A model generated the notes under the pieces. It did not search any database, had not been told where the DNA came from, and saw only the letters and a program-made list of their open reading frames with translations. From contig OX597818.1 of NCBI GenBank assembly GCA_951406725.2, positions 51,274,001 through 51,338,000 of the forward strand: a stretch of DNA of 64,000 nucleotides, in the 5' to 3' direction. Position 1 is the first letter of the stretch. The number at the start of each line of letters is the position of its first letter. Source of the stretch: Octopus vulgaris (Eukaryota). This document shows, piece after piece, positions 48,777 through 61,600 of the stretch. A program made the position numbers and the translations under genes.

Positions 48777-49491
48777 ATATAGTCTATTAAAGCTGAAGTG
48801 TTAGAAATGCACTCACAAGGCCTTGGGCTATAGAAGACATTTACTCATGGTGCCATACTATGAGACTGAACACAAGACCATAGAACTAGGAAGCAAGATT
48901 CTTACTACACTGCCATGCTCATGCCTATTACCAAGGCTTTGATCAACACATGTGTATATAGTCTATTAAAACTGAATTGTTATCTTACGTTACAAGTTTC
49001 AAGCCACTACAATCTCCAGGTGAGAACTGTTACAATTCATTTTGGGTGAGTATCTGGTAGTGTTTATGTTTGTGCTTTGGTTTGCATTTTACATGTCCTG
49101 AAAATTCCACACACCCTTGGCTTTGTTGTCTCATTTTATTTACCCCCCCCCCCCACATATATGTGTATATCTATATATAACAAGAAGTAAATTATAAATT
49201 ACATTTTTTTTTTGTTTGAAAAAGGTGAATGAGAGAACTTTTCAAATGATATTGAGCCAGAGACACATATCAATAATACAAACATTGAATTCAGGTTAAC
49301 GAACTTTATATATCCATGCTTCTACACTTCATGACATATAAATAATACCATGGCTTTCAAATGTCAAAACAACAAACACCAGGTAAAAATCATATATAAA
49401 AAAATATTAAAAAATACAAAAAATATAGAATAAGCAACTACTCTATTTATTATAGGGCATGCTCTTTTTCTGACTTATGAACTTATAATGA

Positions 49492-49540
<49 letters not shown>

Positions 49541-50199
49541 AAAATACAAACTGGGACAAGAACGCAAAACATTTAGAAGACAATACAAAAAACACAGACT
49601 GGTCATTCGAAGCCTTCAATCTTCAGTCAAGAACTGGATCATCCTTGCAATTTCGGCTGATTAATCTTGAGATTGCTCCAATCCGGCCAGCCCCAAGGAA
49701 AACTAAGCTAAGCGCATTATATTCCTTGGAAAAAAGCTTCGAATGTATCGAAAGCTTCGAACAAGGACAGAAAAACGGACGATATTACACGAATATGAAT
49801 ACAAAAATAATACGAAAAAACAATAATAATAATAAGAAGAAGAACAGGACATCACAACAGGCGTCTTTCGACTTAGACGAATTGAACTCAGCTGGCGTGT
49901 TAGGAATGTGCCTTGAGGCAGAGAAAAAAATGTTGATATATCTTCATTCTAAGTTCATAAGTCAGTTAAAGAGCATATTCTATAATTTATAGAGTAGCTA
50001 TTTTTGTACAAGTAATGTAACAATGTTAGAGAAATGCCTTTGGTTTCATATCTAGATGGTTGTTTTTAAAAACAACTTTTGTAGAGAACAGTTATTGCTA
50101 AGAGGAACTCATGTTATGTCTAGATCACGCTAACCATCAAGATATGAAACCAATGGTATTTGTCTAACATTGTTATATTACACATACAAAAAAAAAAAA

Positions 50200-50232
<33 letters not shown>

Positions 50233-50720
50233 ATAATTATAAATAATGGCAAAGAAAAAAAATTATTCTTTGCCAAGATGCTGAAAAATAGATGCTAAAT
50301 TGTCTAGCCAAATAAAATATTTTCCCTTGTATTACTACACCATGTGTCGAAATGAGGAAAGCAAGCTGACAGAAACTCATAAAAATATAGTTATCGCCAA
50401 ATCGGTTCCGATTTCTGGATTAATCCAAAAAGGATTTTTCCTTCATCAGCAAGGAACACAAAAAGAAATAAATGAAATACTTGGACATTCCCCGGAAAAG
50501 CTGATGCAAAGTCTTGAATACATTTGAGTACCCCAAATATACCCAAATTGAAATTCCATAGCAAATTTCGGCACAAATGTAGTCGGTCAGTAAATGCACG
50601 CAGGTGGTTAATCAATCCTAAAGTGAATGAGAATTAATTTACTTCTAATATAAGGATAAAATTTTATTAAAAAATTTATATATATATTTATATATATTAT
50701 ATTATATTAAATTAGAGATA

Positions 50721-50775
<55 letters not shown>

Positions 50776-50964
50776 AAGCACCCACTACACTCTCGGAAGG
50801 GCATCCAGCTGTAGAAACTCTGCCAAATCAAAATTGGAGCCTGGTGCAGCCATCTGGTTCACCAGTCAAAATCGTCCAACCCATGTTAGCATGGAAAGCG
50901 GATGTTAAACGATGATGATGATGATAATGATATATATATATGTGTGTGTATGTATGTATGTATA

Positions 50965-51014
<50 letters not shown>

Positions 51015-51015
51015 C

Positions 51016-51046
<31 letters not shown>

Positions 51047-51289
51047 CTGCTTGAGTTGTCTAAGAGACCATTGCCATTTCCCCTTCCACATTGGCTATCT
51101 CTGACGAGCATATATTGTATGACTGGTTTGTTGCCTCCATTATTTGATTTCATGCGAAACTGATTGGTTAGACCAGCTGTGATCGATAATTAATGAATAC
51201 TATTTAATTCAGACAGTGCTCCGGCATGGCCGCAGTCAAATGACTGAAACAAGTAAAAGAATAAAAGAGTAAAAGAATATATGTTTATA

Positions 51290-51631
51290 TGTAGCGTCAC
51301 CTTACTGGCACTTGTGCTGGTGGCACATGAAAAAACATTTGAGCGAGGTCGTTACCAGTGCCGCTGGACTGGCTCCTATGCAGGTGGCACATAAAAGGCA
51401 CCATTTGAGCATGGCTGTTGCCAATACCACCTGACTGGCCCTCATGCTGGTGGCACATGAAAGCACCCACTACACTCTCGGAGTGGTTGGCATTGGAAAG
51501 GGCATCCAGCTGTAGAAACTCTGCCAGGTCAGACTGGAGCCTAGTGCAGCCATCTGGTTCGCCAGTCCTCAGTCAAATCGTCCAACCCATGCTAGCCTGG
51601 AAAGCGGACGTTAAACGATGATGATGATGAT
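51290..51631 (+). mobile_element. 5'-truncated RTE LINE 3'UTR copy
   Basis: Family repeats and tail; further copies at about 17220-17510, 36990-37190(-), 38620-38940(-), 50775-50920 and 52240-52833. Confidence 0.75.
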
Positions 51632-54600
51632 GGACACACACGTACAATGGTCTACAATAACTTCATACATACGTACCCATGCATGCACATATGATGGCCT
51701 GCATTAACTTTAAAGTTAGGATGATACAAGAAACATTAAGTTAACTCATGGTTATTGAAAAATCAATGAAATTTCCTGTTAGTATTTTGTGAATCCTCCT
51801 TTATCTAATATCATTGCTTTCACTTGATTAGGCACCAATGGTAAACTGATTCATCTTTATTCACTTTGCAGTCAATTTGAACTTTCAGTTCTGTAACTGA
51901 TGTATTTTTCAAGGTTCTTGCATGCAGCCCTCTATGGAGATGTTCCTATCTGTGGTTCAATTAGATAAAGATCAGGCCTGTGAGCAACTTATTTCAGAGA
52001 TTTGATTCAGAGACCATTATCAAATTTGAGAATCGCTTGCTTGTATGACATAGTAGACCCTTTTCAAGAATTTGGCAGTATTTAGACTATTTAGTGAATT
52101 TTTAACAAAAATTAGCTCCGTTCTGCCCATCACCCCCCATAATATTACTCCTTTATATTTTGCTGTTCCTTTCAAACAACCTGGTTCCTTTGTTTCAGTT
52201 TTACTGTTCCACATGTATTTCCCCCGTGACTTTTGGAAACATGCTGTGCTTGAGAAGACCCGGCAAGCCAAGTGAGACAATAACCTCGTGGCCTATGCCA
52301 GGGGTGTAACCAGCCCACTTATGTGTACCTTTCCTTCCTTGGACACTAAACTCTGCTTGCGAAGACCTGTTGAGGCAAGTGAAATCGAATTCAAAATCAA
52401 ATTCGATGACTGGCATCCGTGCTAGTGGAGTGCTAAGAGCACCATCCGAGTGTGATCATTGCCAGAGCAGCAAACTGGCTTCTGTGGAGGTGGCACGTAA
52501 AAAGTACCATTCGAGTGTGATCATTACCAACGTCGCCTTACTGGTTCATAGGCTGCTATATATATATATATATTTATAAATATATATATATAAAGATAGA
52601 AAAAAGCATTCGAGCGAGGTTGTTGCCAGTGTCACTGGATTGGCTCCTGTGCAGGTGGCACGTAAAAGCACCCACTACATTCTCAGAGTGGTTGGAGTTA
52701 GGAAGGGCATCCGGTTGTAGAAACTCTGCCAGATCAGATTGGAGCCTGGTGCAGCCATCTGGTTCGCCAGTCCTCAGTCAAATCGTCAAACCCATGCTAG
52801 CATGGAAAGCAGATGTTAAACAATGATGATGATGGAGAATTGTCAGGAATTACTTTTGTCAGACCATATTAATTGTTGTCTTCATTATTGAGCAACTTTT
52901 TAGTGCAGTTGAACCTTTTATTCCTATTAGCAGTTGAAATCTTTGGCTTATTTCTTGCAACTCCTTCATTGACACCCAAGAGCTATCGATATAGTTTTTA
53001 TGCTGCATGGCAACATATCCAGAAAATTAACAATCTACACAATCTCTCTAACAGCTGCAAATCAATGTTTAACCCTTTAGCATTCAGATTTCTATGTCAA
53101 ATGTGATGTATATTTAACTGCATTATTTTGAATTAATCATGCATTATCTCGTAGCTTCAAGATTTCGCTGATGTGATTAAAAATTTTTGGAATATCATTG
53201 AAGGATAGCAGTGAGAGGCCAGTTATAGCCAATTTGAACACAAAACAGAATATTTGGGCCAGACATGGCTGATTTAAATGCTAAAGGGTTTATAACTTCC
53301 CTATTTTCTGACATCTTGTGTTTCTATAAAACATTTTGTGGCCTCCCTGATGTCTTCCTGATAGCAATCTCTTTTTTAAATCCATTTCCTCACTATTTGT
53401 TAATATATACATGGAAAACTTAGCTATTTCTCAATTTTTTTTAAATGTGCCCTTTTCAAGCCTAGCCAGGCTCATGGGCCCGGTTTCCCGGTTTCTGTGG
53501 CATATATGTTCCCCCCAACTGGACAGGATGCCAGTCCATCGCAGCATTACTCAAGAAACAGGAAGAAAGAGTGAGAGAAAGTTGTGGCGAAAGAGTACAA
53601 CAGGGGTCGCCACCGCTCCCTGCCAGAGCCTCGTGGAGCTTTTCAGGTGATTTTCCTCAATAAACACACACAACGCCCAGTTTGGGAACTGAAACCACAA
53701 TCCTCCAACCGCAAGCCCGCTGCCCTGACCACTGGACCATTGTGCCTCCTATTTCTCAATTGGAATTTCCATATTGATACCAGTCAGTAGTGAAGACATG
53801 TAGCTTAGTGGGTAAGATGTTGCATTCATGAATGCAAAATCTTGATTTCAATTCCTGGATGAAGAGGGGCATAGTGTTTTTGAGCAAAAATACATTTCAC
53901 ATTACACCAGTCCACTCAGCTGCAAATGAGAAACCCTTTAAAGGATCAACGTCCCATTCAGGGAAGATGTCTTGATATTGGCTACTTATACACCATGGGT
54001 ATGGGTAACTAATCCTGTGAGTCCAAAGACTTGTTCACATATAAATTCATTGATATCATTTTTTCACAATAATTTAAATTTTTTTTTATTGTGGTGTCTA
54101 ATAAAATGAAAATTCTGAATAATGCCAAACCAGAATTAAATTCATATATGTAGCTGCAAACAAGAGAAAATAGGAAAAATCAATTGGTGACTGAAAAGTT
54201 CATAGGTTGCTAAAGAGCGTAGGCTCGAAACGTAAAAGACTTTTTCTATTCCTGAGTGCTATACTAATACATTTGTTTGTTTGTACTCCACCTGCCTTCG
54301 TCTTTTGTTTATTTTCGTAAACTTTCCCTTTATATATATATATACATAGGCGCAGGAGTGGCTGTGCAATAAGGAGCTTGTTTGCGAACCACATGGTTCT
54401 GGGTTCAGTCCCACTGCATCGCACCTTGGGCAAGTGTCTTCTACTATAGCCTCAGGCCAACCAAAACCTTGTCAGTGGATTTAGTAGACAGAAACTGAAA
54501 GAAGCCCAACGAATATATGTATGTATATATATATATATATATATATGCATGTGTATGTGTTTGTCCACCTAGCATCGCTTGATAACCGATGATGGTGTGT

Positions 54601-56269
54601 TTACGTCCCCGTAACTTAGCGGTTTGGCAAAAGGCACCGATAGAATAAATACTAGGCTTACAAAGAATAAGACCTGGGGTCGATTCACTCGACTAAAGGC
54701 GGTGCTCCAGCATGGCCACAGTCAAATGACTAAAACAAGTAAAAGAGTAAATATATATATAGATAGAACGATAGATAGATAGATAAATAGATAGATAGAT
54801 AACTTGATAGATAGATAGATAGAGAGATAGATAGACAGATAGAGAGATAGATAGATAGATAGATAGATAACTTGATAGATAGGTAGGTAGATAGATAGAG
54901 AGAGAGATAAGTAGATAGACAGAGAGATTGAGAGAGGTTAGGTGGCAAACTCCCAGATTTGAAGTCAGTCTGGTAAGTGCCATGCATGGCACTCTAGTCA
55001 CTTATGTAATTTTCTGTAGATTATATGTAATTTTCTGTAGATTATATGTATGTATGTATGTTTGTATGTATGTATGTGTGTGTGTATGAATGTTCATACG
55101 CATATACATACTCATAATGTATAGATACACACAGCAGATGCGTGCGCGTATGCGTGTATATGTATGTATATGTCTGTCTGCGTATCTATGTATGTGTGTG
55201 CGTGTGTCTGTGTGCCGGATGTAAAATAGAAACCATGTTGGCGCTATATCGTTCTACAATTGATTGAAGCCTTGTTTTCGTAGTTGAAATTCAACATCTG
55301 ATTAAAAATTTCGCAAATTTAGTATTAAAAACAATTATTTGGTTTTAAAACTTGAGATAATTTTTAACGTAAGAGCAATTTAATTGTAATCATTTAAATC
55401 CGTATTCTAATTCAGACCTTTAACCTCTAGAGGTCAAAAGCACCTTTGATTCTTTTTCTTCTGAGCGATATAATATTAAAATATTATTTAAAGCCAGATT
55501 CGAATAAGGAAAAAATTAACAAAATAAAATATTAATATAGAAAAAAAAAGGAAGGAATGCGCTTAATATAAGCATAATTTGGAACGTCTATTTAATGGGT
55601 ATTGCTCAAGATATTTGCATACGAACACGGCCATATTAGATATTTGCTATGTTATGTTGAGCAAAAGATCTTGCTTATAAAAATCGCCTTTCATCCTGCG
55701 CACGGAATTCATACTGAACGGTATATCGTAATCGACATTTTGCCATTGATACTTCTCTATCACTCTCTATGACAATTTTCTTAATTACTATCACTTGACG
55801 CAGCGGAATATCCATCAGAAATCTCTTTAGCACACAAAAACAAAAGATAACATCTTTGAAAAAAAAAAAAAAAATATTGCCATAACTCAATTTTACGGCT
55901 CTTACACTATAGAAATATTTATATAAAATATATGTATACCTGTATGTATATTTATTTATACAAGCTTAAAAGAAAAAAGACAGTTCTGTGAGGTTTGTAA
56001 CTTTATAATCGTTCATTTTTCTCTCTTTTATTCCCAATTCATTTATAAAAATTCTCATGCATTTCGTCCTCTCTCTCTCTAATATATATATGTGGTTGTA
56101 TGTATACGTAAATATATTGGTTTTGTCGTAGAAAGCTTCTCTTTCTTTTACTCTTTATTTAATCCATGTGCTATTTGATATTAGTTTTTTTTAGCTTGAA
56201 TGAAATAAAAGTATATTTATTATAACTGAATTCTAAGCTGGTATGGCTTGGCTTTTTTTGTTTATACAT

Positions 56270-56322
56270 ACATGTGTAGATGTGTGTGAACTATACATCC
56301 ATATATATATATATATACATAC

Positions 56323-56362
<40 letters not shown>

Positions 56363-56800
56363 GTATATAATAAGAAAATGGAGAAACCCATTTAATACAA
56401 TAAATGAATTAATTGCATTGCAATTAAAGACATTTATGTATTAAGAATTTGGGTACTTTACCAACAGTATATTGGATAATTGATATCCCATAGTGGGTTA
56501 CATTCATAACCCCTATCTTACTTTGTACTATATATATATATATATATATATTTATTTACACACACATATATATATATATATTATATTTATTATATGTGTA
56601 GATGTGTGAAATATACATCCATATATATATATATATATATGATACAAATAAGAAAATGGAGAAACACATTTAATACAATAAATGAATTGCATTGCAATTA
56701 AATACATTTATGTATTAAGAATTTGGGTACCAAGTATATTGGATAATTGATATCCCATAGTGGGTTACATTCATAACCCCCAATCTTTGTACTATATATA
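56270..56800. repeat. Tandem duplication of a (TA)n-embedded element
   Basis: ATGTGTAGATGTGTG...AATAAGAAAATGGAGAAAC...CCCATAGTGGGTTACATTCATAACCCC...CTTTGTACTATA occurs twice; a diverged relative is at about 43950-44065. Confidence 0.8.
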
Positions 56801-57297
56801 TATGTATATGTGGGCAATAAAGAAATAGTATATATGTATGTATATATTCTATAGAGGCGCACACGAGTGCCTGTGTTCTTTATATAAATCTATAATGTAT
56901 CTGGAGTTCTGTGTTATTTCCAAGTGGCGCTTTTGGATGAATTTTATTTCACATTGTCATATTTCTATGGGAAGAGGTGGGGGGAAATAAACCACCTTTG
57001 TTCAATTATTTTTTTTTCCTAGATTAGAATAAGTTAATGATACTAACATTAAACTGTCTTAATTTAGAAAAATTGAATCTTTATTTCAGTTTAATACATT
57101 TTAACGAACCGTTTTTACACAAAAAGTTGGCAACTTTTTCATTTTATTTTTCCCACTTTCATTTTTAGCAAGAGTTCATTTTGGGTTTTTTTTTATTGAA
57201 CACTTGCGTAGTGGGGAGTTTAATGCGTTATATCTTTTTAAAAAAATACCAAGTAAGCTTTAATTTATATTGTATATTTAGGTTATAGTTTAATATT

Positions 57298-57341
<44 letters not shown>

Positions 57342-57859
57342 TTCCCCCGCAGGTAAATCGTTCCTCACACCCCCATCTTCTTTGCTCTTCACGCTCTGAA
57401 GGGACGTAATTCTGCCATTTAAATATTTCTCTTAATTAAATCTTTATTTCCCTTCCAAGACTCATTAACCATTTACTAATCAGCTCGAATAATGAAAGTC
57501 TAATGAAAATTGGAGCTTAGATAGTATTTTTTCGCCACTACACTGAATTAGATACTTTCTCCTTTTATTTTTTTTCACACACGAACTACTTTTTTAGGAA
57601 GTTCGGCAAGAAGACCCCCCCCCCTCCTCTCTCTTTCCTTCCTTGCCGTGTGTGTGTGTGCGCTAAATGCTTTAATTTTCAACTGTGGATATGAAATTTC
57701 CTGTTGAAAGAAAACCAGCTCCAACTTCATAAAACGGTTATTGGTCGACTATTTTAAGTTGTTCGCCAGAGAAAGTGTCGAAATTCCCCTTTTATTAGTC
57801 GACCGTATGTATGCAGTCGCGAGAACCTGCCTCACCCGAATTGCTTGGGACACAGGCTG

Positions 57860-58162
57860 GCAGCCATCTTTGTTTATTCTTTAAGATGTTCATTGGGTGT
57901 CTTTTGTTTCAGTTTCGGTCTGCCGTTTAACAGGTTGAGGTTATTTTACACACTTCTGTTTATCCTCCGTCAGTTTAAAGCAATTAGATATCCACATACT
58001 TGGTTTCACTTCATGCCTGACCTCTTTCAGTGAAGTAATCTATGGAATTTTTCTCTCAGTCGTAAACCGGTGCAAGAGGCTTTTTAGTTTAGTGGTTCCC
58101 CCACGAACCAAACTGGTTTAAGTCTACCCCCGTTAAGGAAGCAAAAACCCTTTTGTACCCGG
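57860..58162 (+). promoter_or_regulatory. Probable DDX6 non-coding first exon / TSS region
   Basis: YY1-type GCCATCTTTG at about 57863, CpG-richer upstream sequence, strong donor CGG|GTGAGT at 58162/58163 and acceptor TTTTCAG at 58592. Confidence 0.5.
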
Positions 58163-58659
58163 GTGAGTTACGCTACTTAGTATTATTTTTTGCGATATTT
58201 GTAGTAATGAGTGTTTTAGCTATTTTACGTAATTGAGCTTTTGAGATAATTCGTTGAATTAGAATCGTTTTCGTTGACTGCAAATGTATTCGATTTTGGG
58301 AGACTCAACAATTCGTTCTTGTCCACGAGAATTCGTGGACAACAACGAATATAAACGTATATACCATTATATAACGAAATATTGTTGCAGCTTTCTATGT
58401 CTAACAATTTTTGAATGTGCTCAAATTCGAAGCGGGTTTATATTTGCTATCAAAATTTTAGAAAATAGTTATTTTGGAACGATTTTACACAAGAACTCCT
58501 TAAAGAATTAAGGTTGGCACGTGAGAATTGAGGAACTTGGTAAAAATTCTGCTTGGAAGTTATATTCGGTATTTTCTCATTTTTATTTTCAGTTGCTGTT
58601 GCCTGTATCAGGCTGAAAAAAACATTTTTTTTGTTGGTGGATGACACTTTAGCTTTAAA

Positions 58660-61600
58660 ATGGATTCGGTTGATGATCAGAACCTTAGTATTGGAAACAT
58701 TGGTAATGTCAATCAGTCATTACTCGCTAGTATTGAACAGAACTCAGGAGCACAAAATGCAAAGTGAGTATAAATACTCTCATTTTAAGGACTTCGACAA
58801 AGAAATTTGAAACGAAATTAACAAATATTGGGCATTAGCCCCCTCGTGCTATCTTAAATACCGAAAATTTTATCTAACTAGATCCTTATTAGTGTAATTA
58901 TGGATTAATTTGTAAATTCATTTCAGTTCCAGTGTGAAATAATGTATCTGAATTCTTTTTTTCAGTGATTCCGGTTGGAAAGCAAAATTAAATATACCTG
59001 AAAGAGATCACAGAGTTAGAACTTCAGTAAGTGTTTTTATAAACTTTATATTTTTATTTTTTTAAACCGAAATTGCATTCCTAAGTTTGTGTACAGTGTA
59101 TATATGGATGGAATGGGGAACTGTATTACAGTCCAGTTTTAATTAAAATTCTTTTTTGTATGTGGCTGAAAGTGGGGTATTATAAGTTGATAGTTGCATA
59201 AAGGTTGTGATATATTAAACCCTTAACTTAGCAGTTGGCTCATCAGAAGGTGCATTGAAATCTTAGTTGTGGTATTAGCTTTGAGTATATTATTTGTAAT
59301 GGTTGTTTGGACCACTTGTTGGTAGTACAAGGTCATTAGGTGAACCCTGATGTAGAGTGAATTGTTTTTGGTTTTTAAGACTTATTATAACCCTTAGTTG
59401 CCTGTCTAGCTATCGATGAAATTTATATCTACAGTCCTCTGCTGAGTACAGTACCCATTAGTCTTCAACTAAGGAATTATTGAACTGCTAAGCTGGTCTG
59501 ATAGATCTGAACATTCCAATACATTTCTCCATTATTCAAGTTTGAAATGTTTCTGAATATTTTGTCCTTTTGGGAATGTTATTCTATGGGCTTTACTGAG
59601 GCTTGGCAATTGTCTGTATCTGTAGACTTGTTGCAGGTTTTGTGAGACCAGTGTCTGAAGGTGGAGATGTAACAAGTGAATTTAATTTGCGAAAGTTTTT
59701 ATTAAAACCTGTTTTGAATAGATTATATAAAATGAGGTATCAATTCCAGAACTAGTTAAATTAAGATTTTTACAGCTACTTCGAAATAGTTCCCTTACAC
59801 AGCAATTCACTGGTTCCAGCATTCCTGCCACTTTTGGAATCTGGCCCAGAAGTCCTTTTCCATAAGCAGGTCAGGGACCTTCTGTGATTTGCTCTGGATC
59901 TCAACTTTTTTTTAAAAAGTGCCCTTTGAACTGCATTTTCATCTTGGCAAAGATGGAAGTCCACAGGTGTTAAACTTGGTGAAAAGGGTGTGGAAGTGAT
60001 ACTGCTTTAGGTGAGACAATCATGAGTGAAGAGAGCTCAATGGCAGTGTATTGTCATGAAGAATCCAATTTGTGCTCTACAGATCCGGTTGTTTTCCACC
60101 AAATGTCCTTCCTCACATGCTTCAAAATGTCTATCTTCATGCACCAACTGAATTTCCTCCACATTTCTATGGATGATGCTCGTGGCAGGTCTTCCAGATT
60201 GCTCATCTTCCAGGGATGTTCTGCCTTTTGAAAGTGCTTGAGCCACTTGAAACATTCTATACGACCAATTGCCAAAACATGCATAATGTCTCTGTAGCAG
60301 ACTTCCCAAATTTAATGCAAAATGTCATGTTGGCTCTTTGTTCCAACTTTGTCCTTGGAAAAAAATTGCAGGTTACAGCATACACATCATGTAAACACAG
60401 CACCATCACTTGGTACACTGCCTCATGAAGGGCACTGCTAGCTCACTGCATATCCGTGTGCCATTTGTTGGCATGCTACAGAACTAGTTTGGGAGCTTTG
60501 TCCATTCATGGTATGGGAATTGGAACAGGTTAGATGCTAAAATGTATTTAATTTTTACTTGTCTAAAATTTACATTTCTCAACTCAAAGTTTTGTAAGAT
60601 ATACTCTAAGGCAACCATCCCATAACTTGTCAAGCTAAATGTGGTAGTTTGAATGCAAGTCAGTGTTAGTCCCTGAAACTAATAGGATTTTGGAAGTGGG
60701 TGATCCTTAGTACCAATGTATAATGTTGAATTTAGCATGCCTGTCTTATTTCGGGCAAGACACAAGTTATTTTAACCCTTTAGTACAGTGGCTTTCAACC
60801 AGGGTTCCGCCAGTACAGTCAAGGGGTTCTGCAAGAAGTTACAAAACTGCTTAAATCGGCAGTAATTTTTAATTCTGTGCAGATATGTGTGCAAAAGACT
60901 ATTAAATTATTGCACAGGGGTTCCTCGAGCCAGTGGAATGTTTCTTTGGGGTTCCGCTCAAGCAAAAAGTTTGGAAAGCACTGCTTTAGTATTTGCATTA
61001 TTCTATCAAAAGTTATGCTTATTTATTCATTGTTTTAAATTAATCCTGCATTATCTTGAAGCTTTGAGATTTTGATATAGTAACTATTTGTTTTTAGAAT
61101 TATATAGTAGGGCTGGTGTGAGAGGCCAGATCTCGCCAATTTGAACATAAAACAGAATATTTTGGCCGATTTAAATGCTAGAGGGTTAAATTAACAACTT
61201 TCCTAACCGTATTCTAATTGCTCTTTAGGTAGGATGAAAGAGGTTTTTGTGTATTTAAGCTTAATTTCTGACTTTTCTTCATCTAGGATGTAACGAACAC
61301 AAAAGGAAATGAATTTGATGACTTCTGCTTGAAAAGAGAATTATTAATGGGAATTTTTGAAAAAGGATGGGAAAAACCCTCACCAATTCAGGAAGCTAGC
61401 ATCCCTATTGCTCTAACTGGAAGAGACATTGTTGCCAGAGCAAAAAACGGAACGGGTAAAACGGGAGCTTATGCTATTCCCATTTTGGAAAGATGTGATC
61501 CAGGCAGAGATGAAGTACAAGGTAAATTGTTGCATTTCCACAATTTAGATTATATATAAAATTAAACTTTCAGTTAATAAGTAATTTTTGACAATTCCAA

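Noticed and set aside
49540-49940. Possible further hammerhead in a (TA)n-adjacent element
   Set aside because: CTGAAGA is present on the minus strand, but no consistent stem II/GAAA/stem III arrangement could be built.
51850-52200. Possible Tc1 transposase relic (VILWGVMGRTELIFVKNSLNS, minus strand)
   Set aside because: Only a weak motif resemblance; no catalytic motifs or TIRs could be confirmed by eye.
58553-58810. 85-aa ORF as DDX6 exon 1
   Set aside because: Wrong frame; the frame from ATG 58660 splices in phase to the conserved WKAKL exon.
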